Shown here piece after piece: positions 1-14,303 of a DNA stretch of 64,000 nucleotides (position 1 is its first letter; each line of letters opens with the position of its first letter). The stretch spans positions 62,817 to 126,816 of the forward strand of contig NIVC01002997.1 of NCBI GenBank assembly GCA_002269645.1, given 5' to 3'. The notes under the pieces were generated by a model that saw only the letters and a program-made list of their open reading frames with translations, did not search any database and was not told the origin of the DNA. A program made the translations under genes and the position numbers. Origin of the DNA: Macrostomum lignano. Its lineage: Eukaryota.

Positions 1-610
1 ATTATGTCTGTATTGCCTGTCCTAGTGTGTCTTATGTCTGTATTGCCTGTCCTAGTGTGTCTTATGTCTGTATTGCCTGTCCTAGTGTGTCTTATGTCTG
101 TATTGTATGTCCTAGTGTGTCTTTGTGGCTGTAGTTCCTGTCCTAGTGTGTCATTATGTCTGTAGTTCCTGTCCTAATGCGTCTTTGTGTCTGTATTGCC
201 TGTCCTAGTGTGTCTTATGTCTGTATTGCCTGTCCTAGTGTGTCTTATGTCTGTATTGCCTGTCCTAGTGTGTCTTATGTCTGTATTGCCTGTCCTAGTG
301 TGTCTTATGTCTGTATTGTATGTCCTAGTGTGTCTTTGTGGCTGTAGTTCCTGTCCTAGTGTGTCATTATGTCTGTAGTTCCTGTCCTAATGCGTCTTTG
401 TGTCTGTATTGCCTGTCCTAGTGTGTCATTATGTCTGTACTTTCTGTCCTAGTGCGTCTTTGTGTCTGTAGTTCCTGTCCTAGTGTGTCTTATGTCTGTA
501 TTGTATGTCCTAGTGTGTCTTTGTGTCTGTAGTTCCTGTCCTAGTGTATCTTTGCGTCTACAGCCTGTCCTAGTTTATTTGTGTCTGCAGTGCCTGTCCT
601 AGTGTATCTT
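1..610. repeat. 30-bp minisatellite (GTCTGTATTGCCTGTCCTAGTGTGTCTTAT)n, probably intronic in the MATE gene
   Basis: Direct tandem periodicity of 30 nt, running off the window start and degenerating near 600. It explains the repetitive ORFs at 156-378. Confidence 0.95.
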
Positions 611-958
611 TGCGTCCGTCTCCAGTTTTTGTGTTTCTGTGGTCGTTTTTGTGTGCCTTTCTGTTCAGTGTGTCATGGCGTCTTTTATTCTCCATGATGT
701 CTCTCAGTTTCTGTATTACTCCACCAAAGTATATCTTTGTTCGTGCTGTCTTCATGCGTTTAAATATGTATTGATTTTCGTACACTCCAAGAGTCTAGTT
801 GAAACTTGATCAGATTTCAAGACCCATGGGTAACTGCGGTCAGGGAAAAAACAAGATTGTAAATTTACCAAACTAGGAGACAACACCATCTGGTTGTGAG
901 GTGCTGCAGATGTCAACTTGAAGACTAATTACTGCCAGTTATAAACTTTCCTTCGCAG

Positions 959-3900
959 ATTCCGGCCAGTCTCGGCATTGCAGTGAGCATTCGAGTGGCT
1001 CGATCGCTGGGCGCCGGTGACCACAGCTTGGCTAAACGGTCATACAGGCTTGGTATGCTCATAGGAAGTGAGTATTGTGCATATTGATCACTTATGAGTG
1101 GATTTTGTACCTGGATGGCTGGTAGATTTATAGGAGGTATTTTTTATTTTTGGGTCAACGTCGATCATAGACTGCAGTATCTGGTCATAGACTGCAGTAT
1201 CTGGTCATAGACTGCAGTATCTGGTCATATACTGCAGTATCTGGTCATAGACATGCAATATCTGATCATAGAAATGCAGTATCTGTGGTCATAGACTGCA
1301 GTATCTGGTCATAGACATACAGTATCTGGTCATAGACATACAGTATCTGGTCATAGACATACAGTATCTGGTCATAGACATGCAATATCTGATCATAGAC
1401 ATGCAGTATCTGTGGTCATAGACATGCAATATCTGATCTTAGAAATGCAGTATCTGTGGTCATAGACTGCAGTATCTGGTCATAGACATACAGTATCTGG
1501 TCATAGACATACAGTATCTGGTCATAGACATACAGTATCTGGTCATAGACATGCAATATCTGATCATAGACATGCAGTATCTGTGGTCATAGACATGCAA
1601 TATCTGATCATAGAAATGCAGTATCTGTGGTCATAGACATGCAGTATATCTGGTCATAGACATGCAGTATCTGATCATAGACATGCAGTATATCTGGTCA
1701 TAGACATGCAGTATCTGGTCATAGACATGCAGTATCTGGTCATAGACATGCAGTATCTGGTCATAGACATACAGTATCTGGTCATAGACATACAGTATCT
1801 GGTCATAGACATACAGTATCTGGTCATAGACATCTGGTCGTAGACATGCAGTATCTGGTCAAAGACATGCAGTATCTGGTCATAGACATCTGGTCATAGA
1901 CATGCTGTATCTGTTCATAGACATAAGCTCATTTTCACTTGAAATTAATTGTCAAACCAATTTTCAGCCACATTTTCTCTAATTATAATGCTCATACTGG
2001 GACTTTTTGGTCGCAAAGTTCCCTACATTTTTACTTCAAATCCGTAAGTTAATAAAAAGTTCTCATAGTTTTTATTTGGAAATCCATTATGATGATAATT
2101 TTGAGAATTTATTAAAAAAAATCACGCTCTATGTTTCAGGGACATTGCTCGGGTTGCTGGGGAATGCTTGTACATTTTGCTTCCAATGCAACTGGTCGAT
2201 GCTGCCTCTGTAAGTACACCGGAAACAGAAATCTGATTAATCGAACTTCTTCCATGGGAAACCGGAAGCAGAACTGAGGTTAATCTGAATTATCCCATAG
2301 GAAACCGGAAGTAGAACCGAAGATAATCTAAATTCTCCCATATGAAGCCGGAAGTAGAATTGAGGTTATTCTGACTAATTAAGAACCTTGATCTAACCAG
2401 GACGATTTCCACATCAGCGCAATAAATCCCGCATATTACTCTGCACCCAACCGCAGGCAGTCCTATGCGGCGTGCTCCGTGGCTGCGCCAGGCACAAAAT
2501 CGCCGCCGCTCTCATCTTTGTCGGCTTTTATCTCATCGCTTTGCCCAGCGGAATAGTTTTGGAGTTTGCGGCCGGTCTGCAGATGAAGGGCATCTGGATT
2601 GGCATGATATTAGGGCTCAGCTTCCTCAGTTTGGTCTATTTCATTCTGGTGCACCGAACCGACTGGGAAGAACAGGCCAGATTGGCGGTGAGATAAGCTT
2701 TCTTGCGTTTTAATAGTTCATCCAGGGTGTGAATTCATTCGATTGGCTGTTGTTTGGGGTGGTTGTCTGACTTAGTCACGTGATTTGATTTGATTGGCTG
2801 TGGTTTGGGAAGGTTGTCTGACTTAGTCACGTAATTTGATTTGATTGGCTGTGGTTTGGGAAGGTTGTCTGACTTAGTCACGTGATTTGATTTGATTGGC
2901 TGTGGTTTGGGAAGGTTGTCTGACTTAGTCACGTGATTTGATTTGATTGGCTGTGGTTTGGGTGGTTGTCTGACTTAGTCACGTGATTTGATTTGATTGG
3001 CTGTGGTTTGGGGTGGTTGTCTGACTTAGTCACGTGATTTGATTTAATTGGCTGTGGTTTGGGGTGGTTTTCTGACTTAGTCACGTGATTTGATTTGATT
3101 GGCTGTGGTTTGGGGTGGTTGTCTGACTTAGTCACGTGATTTGATTTGATTGGCTGTGGTTTGGGGTGGTTTTCTGATGTAGTCACGTGATTTGATTTAA
3201 TTGTCTGTGGATTGGGTGGATGTCTGAGTTAGTCACGTGATTTGATTTGATTGGCTGTGGTTTGGAATGGATGTCTAAAGTGGTCACGTGATTTGATTTA
3301 ATTGTCTGTGGCTTGATAGGCATATGTACAGGTATCCAGGCTGGGGTGAGGCAGTCACGTGATTAGTCTGGTCGGCCGTAGCTTGAGGTGTATTTCTATG
3401 CTAAAGTTGTGGGACTACAGGTTATAAAAGTGCAATCGCTAGTATAGATTTGTAAATATGTTTCATTTTAAATAAGCTGGCTTCTTCGTTTGACTTTGCA
3501 ACTCAAGGCTGAAACCGAGTGCGAAACCAGTCTGCTGCAGCCGAGCAACAACTTTACTGGCAATTCAGGTTGGCGTTTTTGAACAGTTATGATATTGTTA
3601 TTTAAAGAAAGCTATCTCAATTGGTTTAGGAGCTTTTACAGAAAATAAGTGATTCTAGTTTTCGCCTTTAGAAAAATAATTAAAACTAGTATATGTGTCT
3701 CTTACTCTTACTCCCACCAACCGGAAGTGAAATTTAGCAGACCCAAATCATTCCCTACAAACCGGAAATAGAATCAAGAAGACGTACATCATTTCCTACG
3801 AACCGGAAGTAGAATTAGACAGACCCTAAGCATTTCCTACGAACCGGAAGTAGAATTAGACAGACCCTAAGCATTTCCTACGAACCGGAAGTAGAATTTG

Positions 3901-4575
3901 ACAGACCCTAAGCATTTCCTACGAACCGGAAGTAGAATTGGACAGACCCTAAGCATTTCCTACGAACCGGAAGTAGAATTAGACAGACCCTAAGCATTTC
4001 CTACGAACCGGAAGTAGAATTAGACAGACCCTAAGCATTTCCTACGAACCGGAAGTAGAATTTTAATGAGTGTAGCTTTTTCTTAAAAAGGCAAAAGCGG
4101 AACTAGCATTGACGGGACCCGAAGTTTTACCCCGAATACCAAAAACTAAAAATGTAAATGCCAGTCGGCCAACCTGAACCTGGATCCCCCACTGCTCTCC
4201 CCTTCTCAAAAAAACAACAACAACTGCTCAGACGAAGGAGCCGTCGAGATGAACTCCATGTCGGTGACAGAGCCAACCGGCGGCAGGTGCCACCGCCAGT
4301 CCACCGTCTCCACAGCCTCCACAGCCGACTGGCCGTTCCAGATGAAGCAGCAGCGCCGGCGACAGCGGATTCGTCGAAAAATTTTGGCCGCCTTGGCCAC
4401 TCTCGGCCTTCTGGCCGGCTCTATTCTTGTCCGAACGATGACGGACATTCCACAAGTGGATCCTCGGCTGGAGCAACAGCGAATGAACATTCTAGGAAAC
4501 GGAACGATGACAGTCGGAGTAGCCGGAAGCTCGCCGTCTGGACTGCTGGATCGCGCGCTGGCCGGCGACGGTTGA
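959..4575 (+). CDS. MATE/SLC47-family multidrug and toxin extrusion transporter, 3' exons (5' part lies upstream of the window)
   Basis: Exons with AG/GT boundaries and matching phases: 959-1067 (IPASLGIAVSIRVARSLGAGD), 1968-2043 (..VPYIFTSNP), 2140-2209 (DIARVAGECLYILLPMQLVDAAS), 2457-2687 (AVLCGVLRGCARHKIAA..GIWIGM..DWEEQARLA), probable 3508-3568, and 4232-4575 (C-terminal extra TM helix RRKILAALATLGLLAGSILVR, stop). Motifs match the eukaryotic MATE C-lobe. The 3508-3568 exon is the least certain. Confidence 0.9.
1164..1922. repeat. ~21-24-bp minisatellite (CATAGACATGCAGTATCTGGT)n in a MATE intron
   Basis: Direct tandem repeats between exons 959-1067 and 1968-2043. Confidence 0.95.
2218..2365. 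repeat. Degenerate ~42-bp repeat containing ACCGGAAG(T/C)AGAA
   Basis: Four spaced ACCGGAAR/GCCGGAAG cores inside the 2210-2456 intron; related to the 41-bp array at 3720-4063. Confidence 0.65.
2740..3365. repeat. 51-bp minisatellite (GTCACGTGATTTGATTTGATTGGCTGTGGTTTGGGGTGGTTGTCTGACTTA)n
   Basis: About 12 tandem units; the 17-aa periodicity of the minus-strand ORFs at 2735-3186 confirms 51 nt. Confidence 0.95.
3720..4063. repeat. 41-bp minisatellite (GAACCGGAAGTAGAATTAGACAGACCCTAAGCATTTCCTAC)n
   Basis: Cores at 3800, 3841 and onward give a period of 41. Confidence 0.95.
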
Positions 4576-4651
4576 GGATTGCGGCAAAATGTTTGGACTG
4601 TGAACGGCAAGACAGAAAATATGAGAAACCTCTGACGATGACAAAGTATTT

Positions 4652-5445
4652 CCTGACACCCTACCAATTTTCATGACACCCTACCAACTTTCCTGACACC
4701 CTACCAACTTTCCTGACACCCTACCAATTTTTATGACACCCTACCAACTTTCCTGACACCCTACCAACTTTCCTGACACCCTACTGAAGTTTCTGACACC
4801 CTACCAAACTTCCTGACACCCTAACATCTTTCCCGAGACCCTACCAAAGTTCCTGACACCCTACCAAATTTCATGACACCCTTACCATCTTTCCTGACAC
4901 CCTACCATCTTTCTTAACACCCTACCAAATTTCCTGACACCCTACTATCTTTCCTGACACCCTACCATCTTTCCTGACACCCTACCAAGTTTTCTGACCC
5001 CCTACTAAACTTTCTGACCCCCCTACTAAACTTTCTGACCCCCTACTAAACTTTCTGACACCCTACTAAACTTTCTGACACCCTACCAAACTTTCTGACA
5101 CCCTACCAAACTTTCTGACACCCTACCATCTTTCCTGACACCCTACCATCTTTCCTGACACCCTACCATCTTTCCTGACACCCTACCAAGTTTTCTGACC
5201 CCCTACTAAACTTTCTGACACCTTACCAAACTTTCTGACACCTTACCAAACTTCCTGACACCCTACCAAATTTCCTGACACCCTACCAACTTTTCTGACA
5301 CCCTACTATCTTTCCTGACACCCTACCAAATTTCCTGACACCCTACCAACTTTTCTGACACCCTACTATCTTTCCTGACACCCTATCAAATTTCCCGACA
5401 CCCTGCCAATTTTCCTGACACCCTAACAACTTTTCTGACACCCCA
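4652..5445. repeat. 20-bp minisatellite (CTGACACCCTACCAACTTTC)n downstream of the MATE stop
   Basis: Direct tandem periodicity of ~20 nt. Confidence 0.95.
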
Positions 5446-5899
5446 AACTCTCTATGGAATTTGACACCCTAATCAAATCTCTAATCCGCTCCTCTTAGTA
5501 GCATGCCCTACAACTTCCCTAGTGATCAGAGAACTCATGCAGTTCCTCATGATAGAAAATGTTGTTTATTTCTTACGTGCATATCAATTAAAAAACCACA
5601 AAGCGCCCGTGTAGCTACTGTAACAAGTATTACACAAATTTTAAACAAACCGCACAATTCTAAGAATGAGTACCTCAATACGAGTATATGATTTTCTCCC
5701 TGGCAACAACTGTTTAGTAGTGTTGTGTACAGAAAAAGCCACTATCAATCGGTTCCTGTCTGCACTAATGCGATAAAAGTTAAACAAAACTTCTAAAAGT
5801 AGTCATTAGTTAGTAGTTAGTTTTTATTTAAGTTTATGTAAAAGATTAATTTGATTTATAATTCTACCTGCGGTTCGTCCAAAGCGTCGCGTAAGACTC

Positions 5900-7030
5900 G
5901 CCTCTAAAACTCTACGAATCCTAAGAATTAGTCCTCAGCCTCTCTAAAAATCGCCCTAAGTCTCCCTAAGAATCGCCCCTAAACCTCGCCTAAGAATCGC
6001 CCCTCAGCCTCTCTAAGAATCACTCCTAAGCCTCTCTAAAAATCGCCCCTAAGTCTCCCTAAAAATCGCCCCTCAGTCTGACCCAAGAATCGCCCCTAAG
6101 TCTGACCCAAGAATCGCCTCTCAGCCTCTCTAAGAATCGCCCCTGAGCCTCTCTAAGAATCGCCCCTCAGTCTGGCCTAAGAATCGCCCCTAAGTCTCCC
6201 TAAGAATCGCCCCTCAGTCTGGCCTAAGAATCGCCCCTAAGTCTCTTTAAGAATCGCCCCTAAGTCACCCTAAGAATCGCCCCTCAGCCTCTCTAAGAAT
6301 CGCCCTGAGCCTCTCTAAGAATCGCCCCTCAGTCTGGCCTAAGAATCGCCCCTCAGTCTGGCCTAAGAATCGCCCCTAAGTCTCCCTAAGAATCGCCCCT
6401 CAGTCTGGCCTAAGAATCGCCCCTAAGTCTCCTTAAGAATCGCCCCTAAGTCACCCTAAGAATCGCCCCTCAGCCTCTCTAAGAATCGCCCTAAGTCTCC
6501 CCTAAAAATCGCTCCTCAGTCTGGCCTAAAAATCGCCCCCAAGTCTCCCTAAGAATCGCCTCTAAGTCTCACTAAGAATCGCCCCTAAGTCTCCCCTAAA
6601 AATCGCCCCTAAGTCTCCTTAAGAATCGCCCCTAAGTCTCCTTAAGAATCGCCCCTAAGTCACCCTAAGAATCGCCCCTCAGCCTCTCTAAGAATCGCCC
6701 TAAGTCTCCCCTAAAAATCGCTCCTCAGTCTGGCCTAAAAATCGCCCCCAAGTCTCCCTAAGAATCGCCTCTAAGTCTCACTAAGAATCGCCCCTAAGTC
6801 TCCCCTAAAAATCGCCCCTCAGTCTGGCCCAAGAATCGCCCCTAAGTCTCCCTAAGAATCGCCCCTCAGCCTCTCTAAGAATCGCCCCTAAGCCTCTTTA
6901 AGAATCGCCCCTCAGTCTGGCCTAAGAATCGCCGCTCAGTCTGGCCTAAGAATCGCCCTAAAGCCTTAACTAAGACTTACCTGTGAGCTCCCGAGAACTC
7001 GCCATCTAAGCCCTCTAAGAATCGCCTCCA
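5900..7030. repeat. 23-24-bp minisatellite (AAGAATCGCCCCTAAGTCTCCCT)n
   Basis: GAATCG cores at 6181, 6204, 6228 and onward; variant units recur in blocks. Confidence 0.95.
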
Positions 7031-7394
7031 AAGCCTCTTCAAAAAGTGTTTTCCAACATTAAGCGGACCATGTTGCACCTTTAGATATGCATACTTCGTA
7101 GTTTTTAAACATTTCATGGTGGCTCATTGCACGCACGAAAACTTTATAGTTTTTACCGTATATAATATAAAAAACAGAAACGTTAAAATTATAGCAAAAA
7201 CTGACAAGATAAACTTTCTACGCATTCGTATCGATTTGTTTTAATTAAATACGACCGTATTGTTCACAATGTTGTTTAGCAATTTTTTTTCCTGTTTTCT
7301 CATTTATTTTTCTAAGCACTGGTAAAAGCGCTTAGAATACTACTTACATCGTCGTCACTCATTAACGGTGAATTTTTAAACAGAAGCTCCTATT

Positions 7395-9744
7395 CACAAA
7401 CTACAGCATCAAAAACAGACTGTAGATAGCTTCCATTCACAATATACAGCATCAAAAACAGGCTGTAGATAGCCCCATTCACAATATACAGCATCAAAAA
7501 CAGGCTGTAGATAGCTCCCATTCACAATATACAGCATCAAAAACAGACTGTAGATAGCTTCCATTCACAATATACAGCATCAAAAACAGACTGTAGATAG
7601 CTTCCATTCACAATATACAGCATCAAAAACAGGCTGTAGATAGCTTCCATTCACAATATACAGCATCAAAAACAGGCTGTAGATAGCTTCCATTCACAAT
7701 ATACAGCATCAAAAACAGGCTGTAGATAGCTTCCATTCACAATATACAGCATCAAAAACAGACTGTAGATAGCTTCCATTCACAATATACAGCATCAAAA
7801 ACAGGCTGTAGATAGCTTCCATTCACAATATACAGCATCAAAAACAGGCTGTAGATAGCTTCCATTCACAATATACAGCATCAAAAACAGGCTGTAGATA
7901 GCTCCCATTCACAAACTACAGCATCAAAAACAGGCTGTAGATAGCCCCATTCACAATATACAGCATCAAAAACAGGCTGTAGATAGCTTCCATTCACAAT
8001 ATACAGCATCAAAAACAGGCTGTAGATAGCTTCCATTCACAATATACAGCATCAAAAACAGACTGTAGATAGCTTCCATTCACAATACACAGCATCAAAA
8101 ACAGGCTGTAGATAGCTTCCATTCACAAACTACAGCATCAAAAACAGGCTGTAGATAGCCCCATTCACAATATACAGCATCAAAAACAGGCTGTAGATAG
8201 CCCCATTCACAATATACAGCATCAAAAACAGACTGTAGATAGCTTCCATTCACAATATACAGCATCAAAAACAGGCTGTAGATAGCTTCCATTCACAATA
8301 CACAGCATCAAAAACAGGCTGTAGATAGCTTCCATTCACAATATACAGCATCAAAAACAGGCTGTAGATAGCTTCTATTCACAAAATACAGCATCAAAAA
8401 CAGGCTGTAAATAGCTTCTATTCACAATATACAGCATCAAAAACAGGCTGTAGATAGCTTCTATTCACAAAATACAGCATCAAAAACAGACTGTAGATAG
8501 CCCCCATTCACAAAATGCAGCATCAAAAACAGGCTGTAGATAGCTTCCATTCACAATATACAGCATCAAAAACAGGCTGTAGATAGCTTCCATTCACAAT
8601 ATACAGCATCAAAAACAGACTGTAGATAGCTTCCATTCACAATACACAGCATCAAAAACAGGCTGTAGATAGCTTCCATTCACAAACTACAGCATCAAAA
8701 ACAGGCTGTAGATAGCCCCATTCACAATATACAGCATCAAAAACAGGCTGTAGATAGCCCCATTCACAATATACAGCATCAAAAACAGACTGTAGATAGC
8801 TTCCATTCACAATATACAGCATCAAAAACAGGCTGTAGATAGCTTCCATTCACAATACACAGCATCAAAAACAGGCTGTAGATAGCTTCCATTCACAATA
8901 TACAGCATCAAAAACAGGCTGTAGATAGCTTCTATTCACAAAATACAGCATCAAAAACAGGCTGTAAATAGCTTCTATTCACAATATACAGCATCAAAAA
9001 CAGGCTGTAGATAGCTTCTATTCACAAAATACAGCATCAAAAACAGACTGTAGATAGCCCCCATTCACAAAATGCAGCATCAAAAACAGGCTGTAGATAG
9101 CTTCCATTCACAATATACAGCATCAAAAACAGGCTGTAGATAGCTTCCATTCACAATATACAGCATCAAAAACAGGCTGTAGATAGCTTCCATTCACAAT
9201 ACACAGCATCAAAAACAGACTGTAGATAGCTTCCATTCACAATATACAGCATCAAAAACAGGCTGTAGATAGCTTCCATTCACAATATACAGCATCAAAA
9301 ACAGACTGTAGATAGCTTCCATTCACAATACACAGCATCAAAAACAGGCTGTAGATAGCCCCATTCACAATATACAGCATCAAAAACAGACTGTAGATAG
9401 CTTCCATTCACAATACACAGCATCAAAAACAGGCTGTAGATAGCCCCCATTCACAATATACAGCATCAAAAACAGGCTGTAGATAGCTCCCATTCACAAA
9501 CTACAGCATCAAAAACAGGCTGTAGATAGCCCCATTCACAATATACAGCATCAAAAACAGGCTGTAGATAGCTTCCATTCACAATATACAGCATCAAAAA
9601 CAGGCTGTAGATAGCTTCCATTCACAATATACAGCATCAAAAACAGGCTGTAGATAGCTTCCATTCACAATATACAGCATCAAAAACAGGCTGTAGATAG
9701 CCCCATTCACAATATACAGCATCAAAAACAGGCTGTAGATAGCT
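7395..9744. repeat. 43-bp satellite (CATCAAAAACAGGCTGTAGATAGCTTCCATTCACAATATACAG)n, ~55 copies
   Basis: Units at 7621, 7664 and onward; identical ORFs at 8095 and 8652 show a 557-bp higher-order repeat. Confidence 0.97.
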
Positions 9745-10364
9745 GTGTCTCTATATTTGACGTAAAATACGAGCTATTTATAGCTTAGCAAACTATTCTA
9801 AACTGACTAGGAAACTAGGAAAAGCGACCCTGCAAATTTATAATTACGGGGATTAGTTAAATCTAACAGGTGGAAATGAACTCATGCGTCACTATTTGGG
9901 CTTCTGCACATTATTTCAAGCGATACGAAATTTAACGAAGCCTCTCACATTTTACACTCGTCAACTTTTGAGCACTTTGAGCACAATACGACGCCTGCAA
10001 AATGTTACGCTGCTTGCCAACCCGAAATATAAATAGCAATTTCTCTATTGATTTTCTATTAGGCTGTGGTGTAAGCTCAGGCTCGGGACAAGTGAGATTT
10101 CGGGGACCACCAATCGATCGATCATCTGCATGGACCTCGAGTCTTCATCCTGTTTGGTTTTTTTTGCGGTGATGCTGGGAGCGATGGCCACATAGAGACA
10201 GGAATGGGATGCAGACTGCCAGGGATTGAGGAAGATTGTATGAAGAATAGTGTTGCGATTTTATGACAGAGAAGGTCGGGAGTAACGGGAAGAGAGGCGG
10301 AGAGAGTGCGAAAGAGGGAGAGCAGTGGAAGGGGATTGGGAGAGATGAAATACTGAGACTGGGG

Positions 10365-12258
10365 GGAGACAGGGAGAGGCAGGTGGAGAAAGGGAGATGC
10401 AGTGAGAGACAGGGAGAGACAGGGTGAGACAGGGAGAGAAGACAGGGGGAGACAGGGAGAGACAGAGGGAGACAGGGAGAGACAGGGTGAGACAGAGAGA
10501 GACAGGTGGAGACAGGGAGAGACAGAGGGAGACAGGGAGAGACAGGGTGAGACAGGGAGAGACAGGGTGAGACAGAGGGAGACAGGGAGAGACAGGGTGA
10601 GACAGGGAGAGGCAGAGAGAGACAGGGTGAGGCAGAGAGAGGCAGAGAGAGACAGGGAGAGGCAGAGAGAGACAGGGAGAGACAGGGAGAGGCAGAGAGA
10701 GACAGAGTGAGACAGGGAGAGGCAGAGAGAGGCAGAGAGAGACAGGGAGAGGCATAGAGAGACAGGGAGAGACAGGGAGAGGCAGAGAGAGACAGAGTGA
10801 GACAGGGAGAGGCAGAGAGAGGCAGAGAGAGACAGGGTGAGACAGGGTTAGACAGAGTGAGACAGGGAGAGGCAGAGAGAGGCAGAGAGAGACAGGGGGA
10901 GACAGGGAGAGGCAGAGAAAGACAGGTGGAGACAGGGAGAGACAGGGAGAGGCAGAGAGAGACAGGGAGAGGCAGAGAGAGGCAGAGAGAGACAGGGAGA
11001 GGCAGAGAGAGACAGGATGAGACAGGGAGAGGCAGAGAGAGACAGGGAGAGGCAGAGAGAGACAGGGTGAGACAGGGTTAGACAGAGTGAGACAGGGAGA
11101 GGCAGAGAGAGGCAGAGAGAGACAGGGAGAGACAGGGAGAGACAGGGAGAGGCAGAGAGAGACAGGTGGAGACAGGGAGAGGCAGAGAGAGACAGGGTGA
11201 GACAGGGAGAGACAGGGAGAGACAGGGTGAGACAGGGAGAGGCAGAGAGAGACAGGTGGAGACAGGGAGAGGCAGAGAGAGACAGGGTGAGACAGGGAGA
11301 GGCAGAGAGAGGCAGAGAGAGACAGGGAGAGGCAGAGAGAGACAGGATGAGACAGGGAGAGGCAGAGAGAGACAGGGAGAGACAGGGAGAGAGACAGGTG
11401 GAGACAGGGAGAGGCAGAGAGAGACAGGGTGAGACAGGGAGAGACAGGGAGAGACAGGGAGAGGCAAAGAGAGACAGGTGGAGACAGGGAGAGGCAGAGA
11501 GAGACAGGGTGAGACAGGGAGAGGCAGAGAGAGGCAGAGAGAGACAGGGAGAGGCAGAGAGAGACAGGATGAGACAGGGAGAGGCAGAGAGAGACAGGGA
11601 GAGACAGGGAGAGGCAGAGAGAGACAGGGAGAGGCAGAGAAAGACAGGTGGAGACAGGGAGAGGCAGAGAAAGACAGGGTGAGACAGGGAGAGACAGGGA
11701 GAGGCAGAGAGAGACAGGGAGAGGCAGAGAGAGGCAGAGAGAGACAGGGAGAGGCAGAGAGAGACAGGATGAGACAGGGAGAGGCAGAGAGAGACAGGGA
11801 GAGGCAGAGAGAGACAGGGTGAGACAGGGTTAGACAGAGTGAGACAGGGAGAGGCAGAGAGAGGCAGAGAGAGACAGGGAGAGACAGGGAGAGGCAGAGA
11901 GAGGCAGAGAGAGACAGGGAGAGGCAGAGAGAGACAGGATGAGACAGGGAGAGGCAGAGAGAGACAGGATGAGACAGGGAGAGGCAGAGAGAGACAGGAT
12001 GAGACAGGGAGAGGCAGAGAGAGACAGGGAGAGACAGGGAGAGGCAGAGAAAGACAGGTGGAGACAGGGAGAGACAGGGAGAGGCAGAGAGAGACAGGTG
12101 GAGACAGGGAGAGGCAGAGAGAGACAGGGTGAGACAGGGAGAGACAGGGAGAGGCAGAGAGAGACAGGGTGAGACAGGGAGAGACAGGGAGAGGCAGAGA
12201 GAGAGACAGGTGGAGACAGGGAGAGACAGAGTGAGACGGGATGAGATAGGGTGAGACC
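10365..12258. repeat. 10-bp purine-rich satellite built from GAGACAGGGA / GAGGCAGAGA units
   Basis: Direct; gives rise to spurious RERQGET / LSLPVS ORFs. Confidence 0.97.
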
Positions 12259-12801
12259 TCGTTTTTCTAACCAGATGCATAGGCTGGAACTCCAAGGCTT
12301 CAGATTGCAGTTCCCAATCCAGAGTCTAATTCCAGAGCCACAATAGTGGCCTAGAAGTCGCTAAAGGCTGGAAAATCCCCAGTCGCAAATTCGAGTCCTC
12401 TTCGCGGCCTCAAGTGACCTCTTCTGTGCAAGCAGTGAAGCTGTGTTATTGCCTCTACATCATCTTGTCACAGTCACAGTCTAAAATTTATGCTCAAGGC
12501 CGAGCTTGAATATTCTCGAGCAGCTAGTGGCTTGAGCTCAATAAACACGGCTATAAAGCACCAGGACTGCCGGTGCAGGGGCTGCAATGCACTTTTGCCA
12601 CGTTCACATAATTGGGAATAATGTCCTGCAGTGTAGCGTCCCCGTGATGGCTAGCATTTTTGGAGGTTGACTTTCAGAACGTGTGACAGAAATGCCTCAC
12701 CCGGCACCTGGACTCATAATGTATTCCAGAAATAGGCAGTCTGGCTTTTTCTGGCCTGATGCATTATTCATGCAGAGCCTTTTCTGGTTCTGATCCGCTG
12801 T

Positions 12802-13515
<714 letters not shown>

Positions 13516-14149
13516 CCGTCCTCATATTTTTAAGGAGTTTTTTAGCGGTGTTGAATGTATATTGTCTTCAAATTAATTGAATCAATAACTCCAGCAGTTG
13601 ATAGGCATTGAGGAACAAGGGGAATGAAATAGTTTTTCATTGATTGCTTTCTGTGTTTTTATATACAAATAAACAGTCTTGAAATGAGCCAGCTGTTTAA
13701 CACAAGCTAATCCGCTTTGACTAAAATCTTCATTTTTCTTCTTCAGTGGATTATAGAGAAAATTTATGTCCGCTTTGATAAAAGGGAATTATTGCAGCGG
13801 ATTACCTGCGCCAAAGCAACAATTGTCCCACAAGCCGCCCACGCACTGCACTGAATGTCTGCGCATCAATGGATACCCCCTGTTTCATTCACAAGCTGTG
13901 CAATTTCTGAATTGACGTTCAATCAACAATCAACATTTGTAGGATTCAAATTAATTTGCAATTATAAATATTTTTCTCACTCTCAGGTTTTTGTTGTAGA
14001 GCTACTTTTGTTTGTCAAAAATATCTGAATTCATGGATAGTAATTAACCTGCACGTGCAGAAATTGTTTTCAACTTAATTAAATTCGATGGTGCAAGCAC
14101 TTGCCCTTCCATCGTCACGATCGCCGCTTAAATTGGTCAACCGAATTGA

Positions 14150-14303
14150 GTACCGATACTGGCACCCATTTTACAGCTGCGTGCACTGAAGCAATGCAGA
14201 GGCAAGTGTCTTGCTTTTGGACACAATTTTTTTCCGAGTGGGTCGGGAATCGAACCCCCAACCTTCCAGTCGCGAGTCCGAGGCTCTAACCACAAGGCTA
14301 CAA
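14150..14303 (-). mobile_element. tRNA-derived CORE-like SINE (5' part)
   Basis: Reverse complement reads TTGTAGCCTTGTGGTTAGAGC (A-box) ... GGTTCGATTCCC (B-box) ... AGCAAGACACTT..GCTGTAAAATGG. Homologous to the copy at 17000. Confidence 0.8.

Noticed and set aside
5500-7000. Putative minus-strand micro-exons (MASSRELT / EASLTRRFGRTA / DRNRLIVAF..)
   Set aside because: Phases can be made to fit, but the first two derive from degenerate satellite units and the peptide has no recognisable homology.
7395-9744. Regularly spaced repeats resembling a CRISPR array
   Set aside because: Units are contiguous with no unique spacers, there are no cas genes, and the context is eukaryotic.
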